This document shows positions 14,392-27,780 of a stretch of 64,000 nt of DNA, piece by piece. The stretch lies in the NCBI RefSeq assembly GCF_009914755.1, contig NC_060933.1, one strand, 5' to 3'. Origin of the DNA: the human T2T-CHM13v2.0 reference genome, Homo sapiens. The notes under the pieces are model-generated. The model had not been told where the DNA came from, searched no databases, and saw nothing but the letters and a program-made list of their open reading frames with translations. How positions within the stretch are numbered: the stretch's first letter is position 1; each line of letters opens with the position of its first letter. Both the position numbers and the translations under genes were made by a program.

Positions 14392-15698
14392 CCGACTCAG
14401 AGAGATCCCTTTGCCCCAGTCCCTTCTGATGAAGTAAGGAGAGAAGAGAGAGAAGATGAGCCCCTGACGGCAGCCTCATACCTATCTCCCTGAGTCCCTA
14501 ATACACCCTTGACAATTTCTGTACAAATGTCCTCCCTAATGGTGGGGGGTCCCAACCACCCACCATGGAGGCACCACTGACCCTATTTTGCCACTGAGAA
14601 AACCCAAGTTCAGAGAGGTAACATGACTCGACCAAGGTCTCATTGCTGTGGGAGGCTGAAGCCTGGGTCTGACTCAGAGCCCAGCTCCTAACAGTAAGGT
14701 ACCTGAGAGCCACCACCTGCCCAGGGGTGGGGGCCAGCCCTGCCCCTTCTGAGCCCCCAGCAGGTGGTTCAGGGACACAGCCTCCAGCTAGACCCTGGCT
14801 CCATGGGGTCATCGCTCCACCCTTCCTCTGAGTGTCTGCCCCACTGGGAATGAAATGTTGGGATTCTAGTCTGGAAGGTTCTCCCAGCTGGAATCACATC
14901 CAGGACTCTCAGGCACTGGCACAGAGGGCAGACCTGAAAATCCTTGTGAGCTCCTCAAGGGGGTGGCTGAGAAGCCCCCAGAGATGGCATAGCTGTGAAC
15001 GGGACACTGGCCAGGGCCAGGGATGTGGGGAGACTGATCGTATGTGAACCAGGGCGTCAGTGACCTGGCCGACCCCAAGAGGGAAGAGAAGAAAGGGGCA
15101 GGGGCAGGGGCCAGCCCCAAAGAAAACTGCAAGCCCTGGCTTCCTCCCTGCATGCTCGGCTCCCAGCACCCACGTCCTCCATGTTTCCATGGCTGTGCTG
15201 GGTGGGTGACTGCGAGTCTAACTTCCCCCTCTTCTCTGCCATGGTGTGGCCAGGCTAGAGGAAAAGGGCTGATGGCGTCCTCACTCCGCGCACCGTCTTT
15301 TCCCCACTGCAGTCAGCTACACTGGCCCAGCTGCCCCAACCAGCATGTGGGGGCACAGCCTCTCCTCGGCTTGAAGGGTCGGGGTCCTAGGCCCAGTTCC
15401 CGACACCTCCAGAGGAAACCCAAAGCCTGGAGCAGAGGCAGGAAGGCTGGCAGGGAAGCCCCGGGGGTCAGAGTCGCTTTGTGCACCTTGGGACCCGGGG
15501 AGAGAAGAGGCTGGAAGGGAGAAGTGGGCCCAGGTGGCCTCCTGGAGCACAGGAGGAGGCGTAAGCTGGTGGAGTATCCGGGGCAGCACGTCCTCTCCAG
15601 GCGGCCACTCCAACCATGGGGCTCTGGGAGCTTCTTGACTAAGACAGAGTCTACCGCTCAAGAAGCGGGGCAGATGGGTGGACAGAAAAGCACACAAG

Positions 15699-15958
15699 GG
15701 GGTGGCTCACGCCTGTAATCCTAGCACTCTGGGAGGCAGAGGCAGGCAGATCACTTGAAGCTAGAAGTTCTAGACCAGCCTGGGCAACGTGGTGAAACCC
15801 CATCTCTACTAAAAATACAAAAATTAGCCAGGTGTGGTGGTGTGCACCTGTAATCTCAGCTACTTGGGAGGCTGGGGCAGAAGAATTGCTTGAACCCAGG
15901 AGGCGGAGGTTGCAGTGAGCCAAGCTTGAGCCACTGCACTCCAGCCTGGGCGACAGAG
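15699..15958 (+). mobile_element. AluS with the tail replaced by a G-rich tract
   Basis: Alu body runs to GGGCGACAGAG; TSD-like gacagaaaagcacacaa (15681-15697) and gacaggaaaacacacaa (15994-16010). Confidence 0.9.
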
Positions 15959-18609
15959 GGAGGGGGCGGGGGGGTGGGGGAGGGAGGAAGGAAGACAGGA
16001 AAACACACAACAGCAACTGGGCTCACATGTTAGCTGAGTGCCTGCTCTGTGCTGGGCATGTGAGGGAAGCTACAATTTAATCTGAGATCCTGAGCAAAAC
16101 AGTACAGAGGCTCAGACCAGGACATTACGCCAGAGCTGGGATCAAGTCCTAAGCCTGCCACGGACGATCTCAGCCACTCCTCTCTGGGCCTCGGTTTCCC
16201 TGTGTGTGGAATAAGGAAACCGCAAGACATACAGATGGCAAAGGGCGTCCTGCCACACTCCCAGTCCCACTGTGCTCACGGTGGAGTCACTAGCTGGTCA
16301 CCATGCCCCTGCTGAAGACACTGGCCTCTGCAGCTGTCTCTGCACAGTGCTCCGGGCAGACGCTGCCTGTGAAAGCAATCAGCACCCAAGACAGGAGCGG
16401 CACTGCCCTGGGAAACGCCTGGACCAATAGCCTCAGGTCCCCTGAACACTGACTGCCCACTGTTCCTAATGCCAGCACGGAAGCCCTGTGTCCCAGGGCT
16501 GGGCAAGCTGCATGAGGCAGCTGCATCAGGCGGCAGCTGCTCCCCACCAGGAAACTCTACAGGAATCAGTCGGGGGTCAGGGGCTGTTGGGGGGAATTTC
16601 CCGTCCTTCATGGAAGCAGCTTAGCAGCCATCTGGTCCAAATTCTCCAATTTTGAGATGGGAAACCTAAAACCCAGCTGGGAAGATGCAAGAGCTTCACA
16701 AGCCCACCCAGCAACTTCCAGGCAGGGCCCAGCCTAGAACGAGGGGTTCCTGTTTGGAGCCTGAGGCTCGTCTCTCCCAGACACGGCGTCCTCCAGGACA
16801 GCTAACCACCGTCTAGGCCTCCTGCCTGCCAGATCTTTCCCAGGTTTATTTCATTTTATTCCCTCAAAACCCCCCACGAGATGGTTCTGTGGCTCTCCCC
16901 TTTCTGAGGAGGAGTCACCGGGGCTGGGGCAGACAGCTGGTGCCTCTGGCAGCAGAGCCCGGCTCTCCACGCCGCCCTGCCCTGGAGGGCCGGCTATCCA
17001 TCCTGGATTTGAAGCTGAGGGACAAACCACAGCCTCCAGGCATGAAAGCAAGGTTTCTGAGTGGGGGCCTGCAGCCTGCAAGGCCAGTAAACCTGTCCCA
17101 GCAAGACTGGCTGGGCAGGCTGGGCCACTCACTGTCTGCGAATGCTGCTCTCTCATTCCCAGAGACACTCCCCAGCCCCTCCTGGGCATCACTCAGCGCT
17201 GCTGTGGCTGCAGGAGCCAGGCACAGATGGCGCCTCCCTCCCCTGTCCACCAGGAAAAAGCGGGGATAAAGGTGGGTTCCAGTGTGGGAGGCATCCCAGA
17301 CCCAGGCTGCAGACGAGCCGCATCAGTCCCTCTTTAATCAGAGGCAAGGCCGGAGACCATGACACAGATCTGCTGCCTAGCGCGTGAGTCACTGCCTCCA
17401 AGGTACAAGAATCCCACAGGAAGCTCAAGGTACCCGCCCAGACCTTGAGGCCAAGGTGGGGTTATGGGAACAGCACCTCAAGGGCAGGAGGGAGGGGTTC
17501 TGGCCTCCCCCACACCACCCCACTCTCTACACAGATGTCTTGCCCCCTCCAAGAACCTCCTGCGCTGCTTCTTCCTTGGACCCTTCCCTCTTCCCAGAGG
17601 TGGAGACAGTGAACCAAGGGGCTGGAACACAGGCGTCTACACAGGCAGATTCCCATGTGGGACCCTAGGATCCATCTCCCTCCCCAGCCCACAACTGCAG
17701 ACTGTCCAGGCAGGAAGTGGGGCGTGGAGGCCTCATGGAGCCAGGCGCTGTGCATGGTCCGAGCTGCAAGAGGCCTTGGGGGAAACATGCGTCCAGAACC
17801 CTCACCTTACACACAGAGAAGACGGGTCTAGAAATGGGTGCGTCTCATCCAAGGCCCCATAGCCAGTCGGGGCAGAGCAGCCCCAGAAAGAACAAGGGTG
17901 GGAATGAGGACGGTCACCATAAAAACAGAATCACAGGCTCTCCCGCTGCAGACCCCAGACTGAGCGCTTCACGGGATCACCTGCGTTTCTTTCACTGCCC
18001 CCAAGCTCTGAACTCTCACCACGCTCAGGTCACGTGTGTGCAAGCCGGGGCTCAGGAGGTCACTCAGGGTGGGCTGGGAACCCGGGTTCACAGGGCCAGA
18101 GCCGAGTGCCGAACCCTCCGTGCCAAGGCCAGACCCAGTCCCCAGCCACTGCCTGGCCTGGCTTCACAGAGCCAACTGCCCCCACCACACAGCCCAGCGC
18201 CACAGCCCCGGGGAGCTATCCACAGCTGATGGGAACAGGCCACCCTTCTGCCGGCTAAGGAGCTCATCAGGCAGAGGGCAGGCCCTGAGCAGGCAGAGGG
18301 GGCCCCACAGACAAAAGGCAGGCTCTGGGCAACCCAGAATTGTAGTCAGAGAGTCTGAGCAGCTCGAAGTGAGGGCTGCCTGGAGGAGGCGCAGGCCTAT
18401 GATAAAGTAGCAAAGAAACAGGCGATCCCCTTGGAGGCACAGACTGCCCGGCACTGCAGCGCACGGCAGGACTGACCCTGCCAGTCCCTTCAAAAGCTCA
18501 GCTACCAACTGCCCTGCGCCAGGACCTGCTGAGAAACACCGCAGGAACACACGCGAGGCCCCCGCTCCAGTCCCCTCTAGCACAAGAGGCTATAGAATGA
18601 ATTGACGTT

Positions 18610-19120
18610 TGTGATGGCTAATGTGGCTAATGCTACGGCACCATCCTGCCTGGGCTAAGGGGTACCCAGAGGGCAGGTAGGACATTACCTCCGGAGTGGC
18701 TGGGCAGCATTTCCAGAGGAGACCAGCATCTGAGTCGGCAGCCGAGTATAGCAGACGCCTCCCGTGCCCTCGGGCCTCACCCAACTGCGGGGGCCCAAAC
18801 AGGTCATGATGGCAGACGAAGGCCTTATTCACTCACTGCCCAGCGGGCACAGCCATCATCTCCTGCCCTCGGACATCGACGCTCGTCGTTCTCAGGCCTT
18901 TGGGCTCAGACTGGGACTCACGCCATCAGGCCCCTTGGGTCTTGGGCCTTCGGATCAGGACTGGAGCTGCACTACCAGCCTTCCTGACCTCCAGCTTCAC
19001 AGCAGCTGGTTTCAGGACTTCTCAGCCCCCAGGATCGTGTGAGCCAGTCCCTGGTATTAAATCTTCCTATCTATCCATATGCTATCAGCGCTGCTGTTCT
19101 GGAGAACCCTGACTAATACA
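18610..19120 (+). mobile_element. Solo LTR, MLT2-like (ERVL)
   Basis: TGTGATGGCTAAT start, GGAGAACCCTGACTAATACA end, and internal CAGGCCTTTGGGCTCAGACTG repeats typical of MLT2. Confidence 0.85.
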
Positions 19121-22084
19121 ATATTGGAAAGGAGCATGCATCTCCCCTGGGATGGCCCCATTCAGGCACGCCCTGCTCCCACGCCCAGCACCACTGACCG
19201 CTGCCAGCAGAGGCGCTGTGGAGACAAGAGTGGTAGGGGGCAAGGGACGGGGTGGGTGTGGAGCAAAGACTATTCCCCTAAGGAAGGCAGGCCCCCTGGG
19301 ACTGAGGGAGAGCAGCCAGTCAGCCAAGGCCAGGAGAACGTGCAGGGGCAGAGCCCACGCACAGGCCCGGAGAGCGGCCATGGCCACACAGGGGACCAAA
19401 GAGCGGAGGCCTGTCGGACACAGGGCCAAGGAGCTGGCCTCGCCTGGGGCAGTGGGAGTGCAGGGTCAGGCTGGTGTTTGAGAGATGCTTCAGGCTGCAA
19501 AGAGGATACTGGGTGGAGGGAAGGCAGGACCGCGGGAGGGGGGCGGCCCCAAGGAGTCTTCTAACCAGGCCAGGTGCACGATGGCAGGAAGGCCTGGGCA
19601 GGAGGCCACAGGGATGGACACAGCCAGAGAGGACACAGCCAGAACTGTTTAAAAGGCTGATCAAGGCTGCCTGGGTGCAGGGGTGAGGCAGGGAAGAGAG
19701 AAACCATCTCTGTCCTTTCTGCCAGGAGACACAGAAAGGGCTGGCCTGAAGAACGGGGACAATGGGGGAGGCTGGCCACCGGGGTCTGGACGCACAGTGG
19801 CCAGCTACAGAGGGGAAGGCAGGGGATGCCAGGGCTGGCGTCTGGGCAAGGCTGAGCTTAAACCCTTGGTGTGGCCTTCAGCAAGTCGCTGCCTGCCCCG
19901 AGTCTCCCTCCCCACCCACCTGGGGAAAGGGGAGGCTGAGAGGCACGTGGTTATCTGAGCCACCACCACCCCATTTCTGTTTCCCACAGAACCCCCGCCC
20001 GGCCTGCTAGACCCCCTTCTGCCACCTTCCTCTGGCCTCGGGATGCCCTGGCTGTACGAGGAGAGGCTCCCTCCGCCCTCAAACAGTTGCCAGCGCCTTT
20101 CTTCCCCAGCAGGTAACTGGCACACTCCACACTCTGCACAACGATGCCAAGATGCAGCCCACAAAGCTGGGACCCACACCCCAGACACACAGCAATCCAC
20201 TGGCCAGGCGGACAAGCCCAAAATCAGCCACTGCCCACAAGCAGGGTGGGACCATCACACTGCCAGGAACCTTCTTGGAAGAGCCAGTGCTTGTGTTCTG
20301 GGTGACACGTTCGGCTCTGGGCTCAAAAGTTACCCCACTGCCTCCATGAATCCTCAACCACCCAATGAGGTCAATGTTACTATGCCCCTTGTCAAATGAT
20401 GAAACTGAGGGTCAGAGTGGTCACCTGCACACATCAGCTAGATGGTCTGATGCAAGCTCTTAAAGGGAAAGCACCCAGAAGGAAAGGCCTCAGCCTCCCG
20501 ACTGAGCCTCACCCCAGAACCCCCCTCTCATGGCCTGGTCATCCACTGCACGTTCCCAGTCTGCTAATGGGGACAGGTGACAGTAGCCATCACCTGGAGG
20601 GGCTGATGGGTTTCCAGTGGCTTCACTGGCCTCCCTAATTAATGGCCATTTTAATGGGAAGGGGACTAATAACTGTATCTCTAACACTACGGCAATAACT
20701 TTCCAGTGTCTACCCTTATCTCTGAAGCGATGACTTAGTAACTCGGTTATTAAGTGCAAGCGTTAACACAGGACAGGAAGGTGCGTGAATCTCCTCTGCG
20801 ACGTCAACTCCACACCTGCTCCTGCTCTGAACTCCCGCAGGAGTGCCTGGAAGGGCCTGGGAAAGCACTTGGCCCCCCGACACCCCCCACTATTTCTCCC
20901 CTAGGCTGTCTGACGGTGAAGGAGGGTGTGGGGCCCACCCAGGCCCTTAGGCTCAGCAGGCGAAGTCTCTTTGCCAGTCTCAGCGTAGGGCTGAGCTCAG
21001 CACTCTCCGCCGGCCTGCGTCTCACAGATGCTCCGGGTGTACCACGGGGCAGGCACCTCTGCTGACATGTGGCAGCCAGGGGAGGCTCAGAGGCCAGGGA
21101 CAGGTTGCTGGCACCTCTGCGGCCGTAGGAGCCACACAAGGAAGGCCTCACACGAACCACACGCACTACAGAGCCAACTGCGACCCAAGCACGATCGAGG
21201 CTGTGTGTTTCTGAAAGGATCTGACCGAACTGAGCACTAAGATTGTTCAGAATCTGGCCAACGCAGCTCCCCATCCATCCCCAGCCAGGTGGCCCATGGT
21301 GAGTGAGGCAGAGTCTTGGTTTCCTCAGCTGTGAGATGGGGGCAGCGGCACCCGCAAGAGTAAGGGAGACAACACACTGCCCACGGCTGCCCCGCTGCAG
21401 TCACCATCATCGTTGCTGCCCCTCCTGCAGATGCAAGCCCCCACCTCCACCACCGCCAAGTCCTCTGTGCATGTCTGTCACAGGACAGAGCTTAACCTTT
21501 GAGAGGCCATCCCTGCTGACCCCACCTGCCGCCCGTCTCAGGAGGAGGATTCCCAGGAAGTCACAACCGCAGGGGGATCCCCCAAGCAGTGGCCACGTCC
21601 CCGCCACCCACACCAGGGGGTCCCGATCCAGCCAGTGGGTTTCCAATGGGTGTGCAAAGCTGTGGGCAGTGGGGGCAGGGGCCAGGGACAGCAGCTGAGC
21701 ACTCGGAGTGGAAGCGCCCTCGGCCCGGGCAGCCTGGCCTCCTTTGCACATATGCCAGGCTCCTCCGCAGGGGCAGAAACCTTTTCCCCAGGGTCGGGTC
21801 GCCCCATTCGAGAGATCAACAAATCCAGCCTTTGACTCCATGGAGCAGGAGCATGGTGGGGCAGGGGCAGGGAGGTGTCTCCTCAGGATCCCCCCGTTCC
21901 CCAGGCATCATCCGCCCCCATCCCAGGCATCCTGTGACATAGTCTTCCAGAGGGGACCGGGCCGGGCTTGTGCTGCTGAACCTGGCTCTGGACCCCGTCT
22001 CAGCTGCAGACTCGCAGCAGTGCCGGAGCTCTCTGCGCCCCAGGCCCTCCTCTGTAACGAGGCCCTCTGGGGGCTCTTGCTTCC

Positions 22085-22330
22085 TCACTCAGGTGTGCAA
22101 TACACTTTGAGCAGCTGCTGCGTACCAAGCACTGTGCTAGGGTGACCTCTGGAGCTCCAAGGAACCAGCAGGGTGTGATCAATGCCGCAGGGTAAAGAAC
22201 AGAGCAGCTGGGAAGCAGGGGAGTCCAGCAGAGTCCCTAATCAAGCAAAGCAAGGGGCAGGAGATGTCCAGGAATCAGAGAAGGCCCTCTGGAGGGGCTG
22301 CTGTCACCTTGAGGCCTGCAGGATGGACAA
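22085..22330 (-). mobile_element. L2 LINE fragment
   Basis: TTGAGCAGCTGCTGCGTACCAAGCACTGTGCTAGG resembles the antisense L2 3' end. Confidence 0.45.
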
Positions 22331-23419
22331 GTGTGTGTCAGAGGCTCACCATAAATGTGGGCAAGCCTCCTATAAGAAGGCATCGATCAGTAGGTGGCCC
22401 CGGGGCACTGCCACAGCCTTGAGCACCTGACATTACAGACCCACAGGGCAACCAAGTGCACATCTGAGTCCTCTGCCAAATGCAAATCTAAGCAACAAGC
22501 CGCACACACCAGGACGAACAGCACTGCTGGCTCAGATGAACCACCAAGAACCTGCTCTCCCTTCCAAAGCAGAACCTATCCGAGAATCCCTACCGCCTTG
22601 CGAGCTGCAAGTCCGATCTGTGCAATGTGAGCCCCTGCAGGAAAAAAGTCTAAAGTGATTTTTCCTCCCCGGTGCTTTGTGTTTATGGAAACAGATGGAA
22701 ACCGGCCGCAGACGAAGCTCTGGCATCCAGATTTGCTTCCAAGCGGTTTTACCTTGATGACTGCTTAATCCTGGCCCATCAAGGGACTTCCCAAAATGGC
22801 CACTTTATGGATTTTTCTTTTCCTGTCTAAGGGTAGGATTCAAAAATGCACTTTTCCCAGAAAAGATTTTCTAAACCATGAGAGTGAGGACACGGATAAG
22901 GACAAGGCCATCTGGAAGTAGAGGAGAAAGAAGAGACGCTGCATGGGGAAGACAGGCCAAGGAAGGACCCACCTGGACCCACCTGCGCCGTCTGCAGGAA
23001 GAGGGGCTAGGCATCCCTCCACCAGCCCCTTGCCCACTTGGCACTCACGAGCAGCCCTGGACACCAGGGTACAAGGTGTGTCCCCAAGAAGCTCTGTGTG
23101 CCCCACCGGAGGAAAGAGCCGGCAGGCAGCACGGGGAGGGAGAGTGGGCAGGAAGCAGCTGAGCTGAGAGGGAGCCTCTGAACCAGGCAGGTGGTGAGGG
23201 ACCTGTCAGCCAGGCTCAGGGACTCATGAGATGATAAAGGCGGGCAGGGAAGGACAATGGCCTTAGGGGCAGCCATGGGGAACTCCCAGGTCAGAAAAGG
23301 CTGGATCTGACCGATGGTTTTATAAAAGATGCCTTTTACACGAAGCACCAGGGACAGCTTCTCCAGTAGGAATCTTGTATATGAAGAAGGGGTGGGTGCG
23401 GGGGGCACTGCCAATGCCA

Positions 23420-23673
23420 CCGCCCAGGGGACCAAGAGATGGCCAAGTGAATGTGATGTGCAGTCCCTGATGGGTCTTGGGACAGAGGACATAAAGGGGA
23501 AACTGAGGAAGCCAGAGTCACTTCAGTTAGTGACAATGTGTCCACACTGGTTCATTCATTGTAACCAAAGCACCAACTACTGTGAGGTATGGATGGGGGA
23601 CCCGGGTGTGGAATACAATCTTCTTTTGCACTAGCTTCTCAATTTTGCTAAGTCTAAAACTGCTCTAAAATAT
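23420..23673 (+). mobile_element. L1MC-like 3' end fragment
   Basis: GGTTCATTCATTGTAACCAAAGCACCA and AAGTCTAAAACTGCTCTAAAA motifs. Confidence 0.65.
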
Positions 23674-25232
23674 CTAGGTAAAGCAGGGGCTGCCCCTTTG
23701 GCAGGTCAGGTGGGCAGCAGGTCAGCTTCTGCGGTCGGCCCTCCAGGACACTGGCCGTGGCTCAGGATGGAGGCAGGTGAACTGCAAGGATCCCTGGGCA
23801 TGAGCCTAGGTGCTGCCTTCGGTGGCTACAGCACAGTCCCCCCACTGTCAGGTGCTCCCGGGGGCAGCAACACCCCCCTCCATACAGGGGCAGGTTCAGC
23901 AAGGGGCCAGCAGCCCAGAGCTGGGGGCCATGGCCCACCCACGTCCCAGAGAGGCTGGGCAGGGAGAGAGGCCCTGCTGGCACAGGGCCCGAGGTGGTGG
24001 AGCTAGGACTGGCCTTCAGGCTGCTGGGCTTCCCACCATACGACCCGGAGAACTTGTCCCCAGAAAAGCTGCCTTGGAGCCATGGGCTCCAGACACAGAG
24101 AGATGCGGCCTTCCCGCAGGCATGATGCTATCTGCAGATAGCGGAGCGCAGACGTGGGACAAGGCCCTCTGGAATGTGTCTGGACTTGCCCCACAAGGTT
24201 CCTCCCAGTGAGACGGGGCTTGTGAACAGGACTGAGAAGGAGGAGCGCCCAGCTCTCCTGCATCCCATCAGGGGCCTGGGTGACAGGAGGGGAGGCCCTG
24301 CATGAAGGCTGCAAAGGAGTCTCCAAGGCAAGCTCTGACGGATTCCCAGGCAGCTCGAGCCTCCAGCAGAGGCAGCAGGTGGAGACGAGGAACTGACGAG
24401 GAACACAGTCCACAGCTGGGAACACAAGGAAGGGGGAAGGTGCAGAGAAAGGCCTGAGATCCATGGTGGGCCTGGCAGCCAGCCACTGGAAACCGCCGAG
24501 GTCCCAGACGTCCTTGAGGGTGGCCTACAAGTGGCCGGGAACTTTGAGAGGCCCTCTCATGTGTCTGATACCAAATGTATAATTTAATATTCTATATTTT
24601 CAGCCCAGACAGGAATTAATTATTTAATGTCCTATCAAAACCAACTCCATCCTTCATACTACTCCAGGCAGCGTGTGGGGGCGGAAGAGTTCAGTGGCCC
24701 CGGCTGGCATCACGGCAACACTGGGGAGGGCGCAGATCAGACACGCAGCAAGTACGTGCTGAGAACCTGCCAGGGCGCCTGGCACAGGATCCCAGCATGA
24801 CGCCTCCTGCTTGCCAGGTGCCCAGCGAGTGTGCGGGGCTACAAAGGAGGGCGTCAAGGTTTCAACCTAGTCTCCACTGACTCTCCAGAAGGTTCCTCTC
24901 CCAAGAGATACAGTGCCGAAAACAAAAGAGGCAAGAGGCAGCCATCCCCAGATAGCTGTGTGGCAGGCCCCAGGCTGTACGGGACACAGTGGACAGACAG
25001 GCCCAGCCATGCCCTGCAGAGCTCTCGGAGATTCCAGGGCAGGAAGCAGACTGTCAATAAACAGAAAGCAAGGCAAAGAACATGCTGGGTCCAGACTGAA
25101 CCCTGCAGTGAAGCAGGTGAAGCACGCAGGCCGCCAAGGGCACAGACCCTGTCCGCTCAGCCTTCACAGCCCCAAAGGGGCGGCCCTGCTGTGCCTGGCC
25201 CGAACATGCTGCCGTCACAGCCAGCCGACATC

Positions 25233-25580
25233 TGTACGGGGCTGGAGAGCATCCCCTACGGTTCATGTCCTTCCTGGAACCTCAGAATGCCACCTTCTTT
25301 GGAAATAGGATCACAGCGGATGTCATGAGTGACGATGAGGTCACCCTGGAGTAAGGTGGGCCCTTAATCCACTGTGACCAGGGCCCTCAAAAGAAGAGAA
25401 AAGACATAGGGAGAAAGGGGAGGCCATGTGAAGTCAGATCCCCACCCCCGCGACCTCTGGAAGGAGCGTGGCCCTGCCGACAACACCTTGAGTTTGGAAT
25501 TCTGGCCTCCAGGAGAGGGCAGAATAAATCCCCCTTGTTTTGCGGCACCAGGTCCGTGATACTTGGCTATGGCAGAGAGT
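25233..25580 (+). mobile_element. Solo LTR, MLT1C-like (MaLR)
   Basis: GGAACCTCAGAATG...TTTGGAAATAGG...GGGCCCTTAATCCA...GGCCCTGCCGACAACACCTTG...GAATAAA. Confidence 0.8.
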
Positions 25581-26378
25581 GGACGCCAGAAAAAGGATAA
25601 ATGTCACAAACACAGCGCTCAGCCCTTCAGAGCAGACAGACTCAGGGATACAAATGTCATAAGGTGACCCCTGGGGCCCCTGAACCCCTGCACAGAGGCA
25701 GCCAGCCACTGAGACAGGACCCCCAGGGAGCAGGGGGCGACAGCTGAGAGGCCCAGGAGGACAAGAGGGACTCTGCCATGCCAAGAAGTCAGGGACGGTG
25801 TGCTGTGACTGCAGGGACAGGGGTTCCACCTTCCCCAGAGGCCTCTGGCACCCTGGGTTCGGGATGTGGGCCCCACACCCACCCCATGCCAGGCTTGGCC
25901 CCCTAATGGCCCTCTTTCCCAGGGAACAACCTCCCCAGGCTCCATCCCTATGTCCCCACCCCCTGCTGCTCTCTCTGGATCCTTCCCTCCTAATTGGCAT
26001 GGAAAGTCAAGTCCCTGAGCCTGCAAAAGACTCGGCTGTCCCCACACACCACTCCTGGAGCAGATGGGCCCTTCATCATTTGCTCATTTCACGTTCCCCT
26101 AATCATGCGAAGAGCCCTGGTAATTGACAACGATTCTCTGCACAAATGGCGGACCCACAGAGGAGCGAAGGCGCAGAGACCCATCCGTTGAGACAGCCTC
26201 CCTGCCGGGGTGTGCCAAGTGAGTGTGGGGCTGACGGGTGTGAGCCACAGTGGGCAGTCAGGGCCAGGGAGAGGAACAGAGCCGAGTCAGCTGCTGACCT
26301 GCTGCAGCAGCTCAGCCACTTAAAAATTCGTCGGAACATGTTGAAACAATGAGGGGATAGAACAACCACTCACCCTGC

Positions 26379-26470
26379 AGACTCCCAAGTCATCCCCAGC
26401 CACGGCAGGCAGACAGCCCAGCAGAGACTCCCAAGTCATCCCCAGCCACGGCAGGCAGGCGGCCCAGCAG
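26379..26470. repeat. 46-bp tandem duplication
   Basis: agactcccaagtcatccccagccacggcaggcag...cccagcag x2 with 2 mismatches. Confidence 0.9.
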
Positions 26471-26712
26471 CAGGCAGGTTTCAGCTCGGCCGGAGCAGGC
26501 CCTCAGGCACTGGACCTGGGGAGGCTTCCGGTCACCTGTGCAATGCCACCAGCAGCTTCTTGCATGCTTCCCATGACAGGGAGCTCACTACCCAAGGTGG
26601 CGGACGAGAAGCCCTCCCGGGATCCAGTGCCACTGTGAGGCTCAAGTACACCCCAAAACTCACACTTGAGGTCCACAGGTGACTAGCAACTTTGCTTAAA
26701 TTGATTCTAGTA

Positions 26713-27023
26713 GGCCCGGTGTGGTGGCTTATACCTGTAATCCCAGCACTTTGGGAGGCTGAGGCAGGCAGATCACAAGGTCAGGAGATCAAGACCATCT
26801 TGATCAATATGGTGAAACCCCGTCTCTACTAAAATACAAAAAAATTAGCTGGGCACGGTGGCGCACACCTGTAGTCCCAGCTACTTGGGAGGCTGAGGCA
26901 GGGGAATCACTTGAACCCGGGAGGCGGAGGTTGCAGCGAGGCGGAGGTTGCAGTGAGCTGAGATTGCGCCACTGCATTCCAGCCTGGCAACAGCCAGACT
27001 CAGTCTCAACCAAAAAAAAAAAA
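26713..27023 (+). mobile_element. AluSc-like with an internal 17-bp duplication
   Basis: GCCTGGCAACAG Sc-type deletion; gaggcggaggttgcag duplicated at 26921-26954; TSD core tgattctag. Confidence 0.93.
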
Positions 27024-27377
27024 TGATTCTAGCAACTCATGAGCAAAGAGAGGGAATCCAAAATAAATGGTAACCAACCCCCACGTGCACACGTGCAATG
27101 AAGCCACCTAGATGAGCAGCACGGGAGCACACTGAATGAACATGTGATCATTACCCACCACCACCACGCGTCCTGCCTCCCAGCTGGACCCCAGGCTCCT
27201 CCAAAGTACAACTCAAAGGACGCTCATCAAAGCAGTGCTTCCTTAGGCGCTTGGGTGCTCACTGCAGTGGGCTGGCTGCCCTTCTCAACGCCCGCCACAC
27301 TTTGTCAATTAATTAGGGAGGGGGGTGCCAGCCTGGGGGGCGTGGTGGGGACTCCGCAAGCACTCAACAGATGCTGG

Positions 27378-27424
27378 CCCACCCAGGCCAGCCTCTCCAC
27401 CCAGGCCAGCCTCTCCACCCAGGC
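27378..27424. repeat. 18-bp tandem repeat, about 2.5 copies
   Basis: ccacccaggccagcctct units. Confidence 0.85.
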
Positions 27425-27780
27425 TGGTTCCCAGGCTGTTACTTTATGGAACATCAGCAAGCTGACCGCTTGGCACAGCTGCCTTTTTCTATATGCATAA
27501 GATGCTTCAATAAGAAGCTTGCTAAAAAGAAAAACAAAAAAAAACACCTCTGGCTTTAAAAATGTTTTAACTCCAAAGATTTTTAATTAGCGTTATTCAC
27601 TCAAAACACACGGATAAGCTTGACGGCTCCGTGAGAATGCTGGTAGGGAGCAGAACCAAACACCCAGGGAAGGAAGCACCACTGGGCAGGCAGCTCTATC
27701 AGAGACCACAGGTGCACACAAGCATCCCCTCCCACTCAGCCAGAGGGGCGCAGCGCTGTCCACAACTCACACCCTCAGCC

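Noticed and set aside
13412-14479. 355-aa His/Pro/Ser/Ile ORF
   Set aside because: It is the translation of the (ATCC)n repeat, which rarely produces stops in that frame.
16592-16601. Perfect NF-kB site GGGAATTTCC (similar at 22783) and partial CTCF-like motifs near 5550, 10147 and 17220
   Set aside because: Isolated short or imperfect motifs are not informative without chromatin data.
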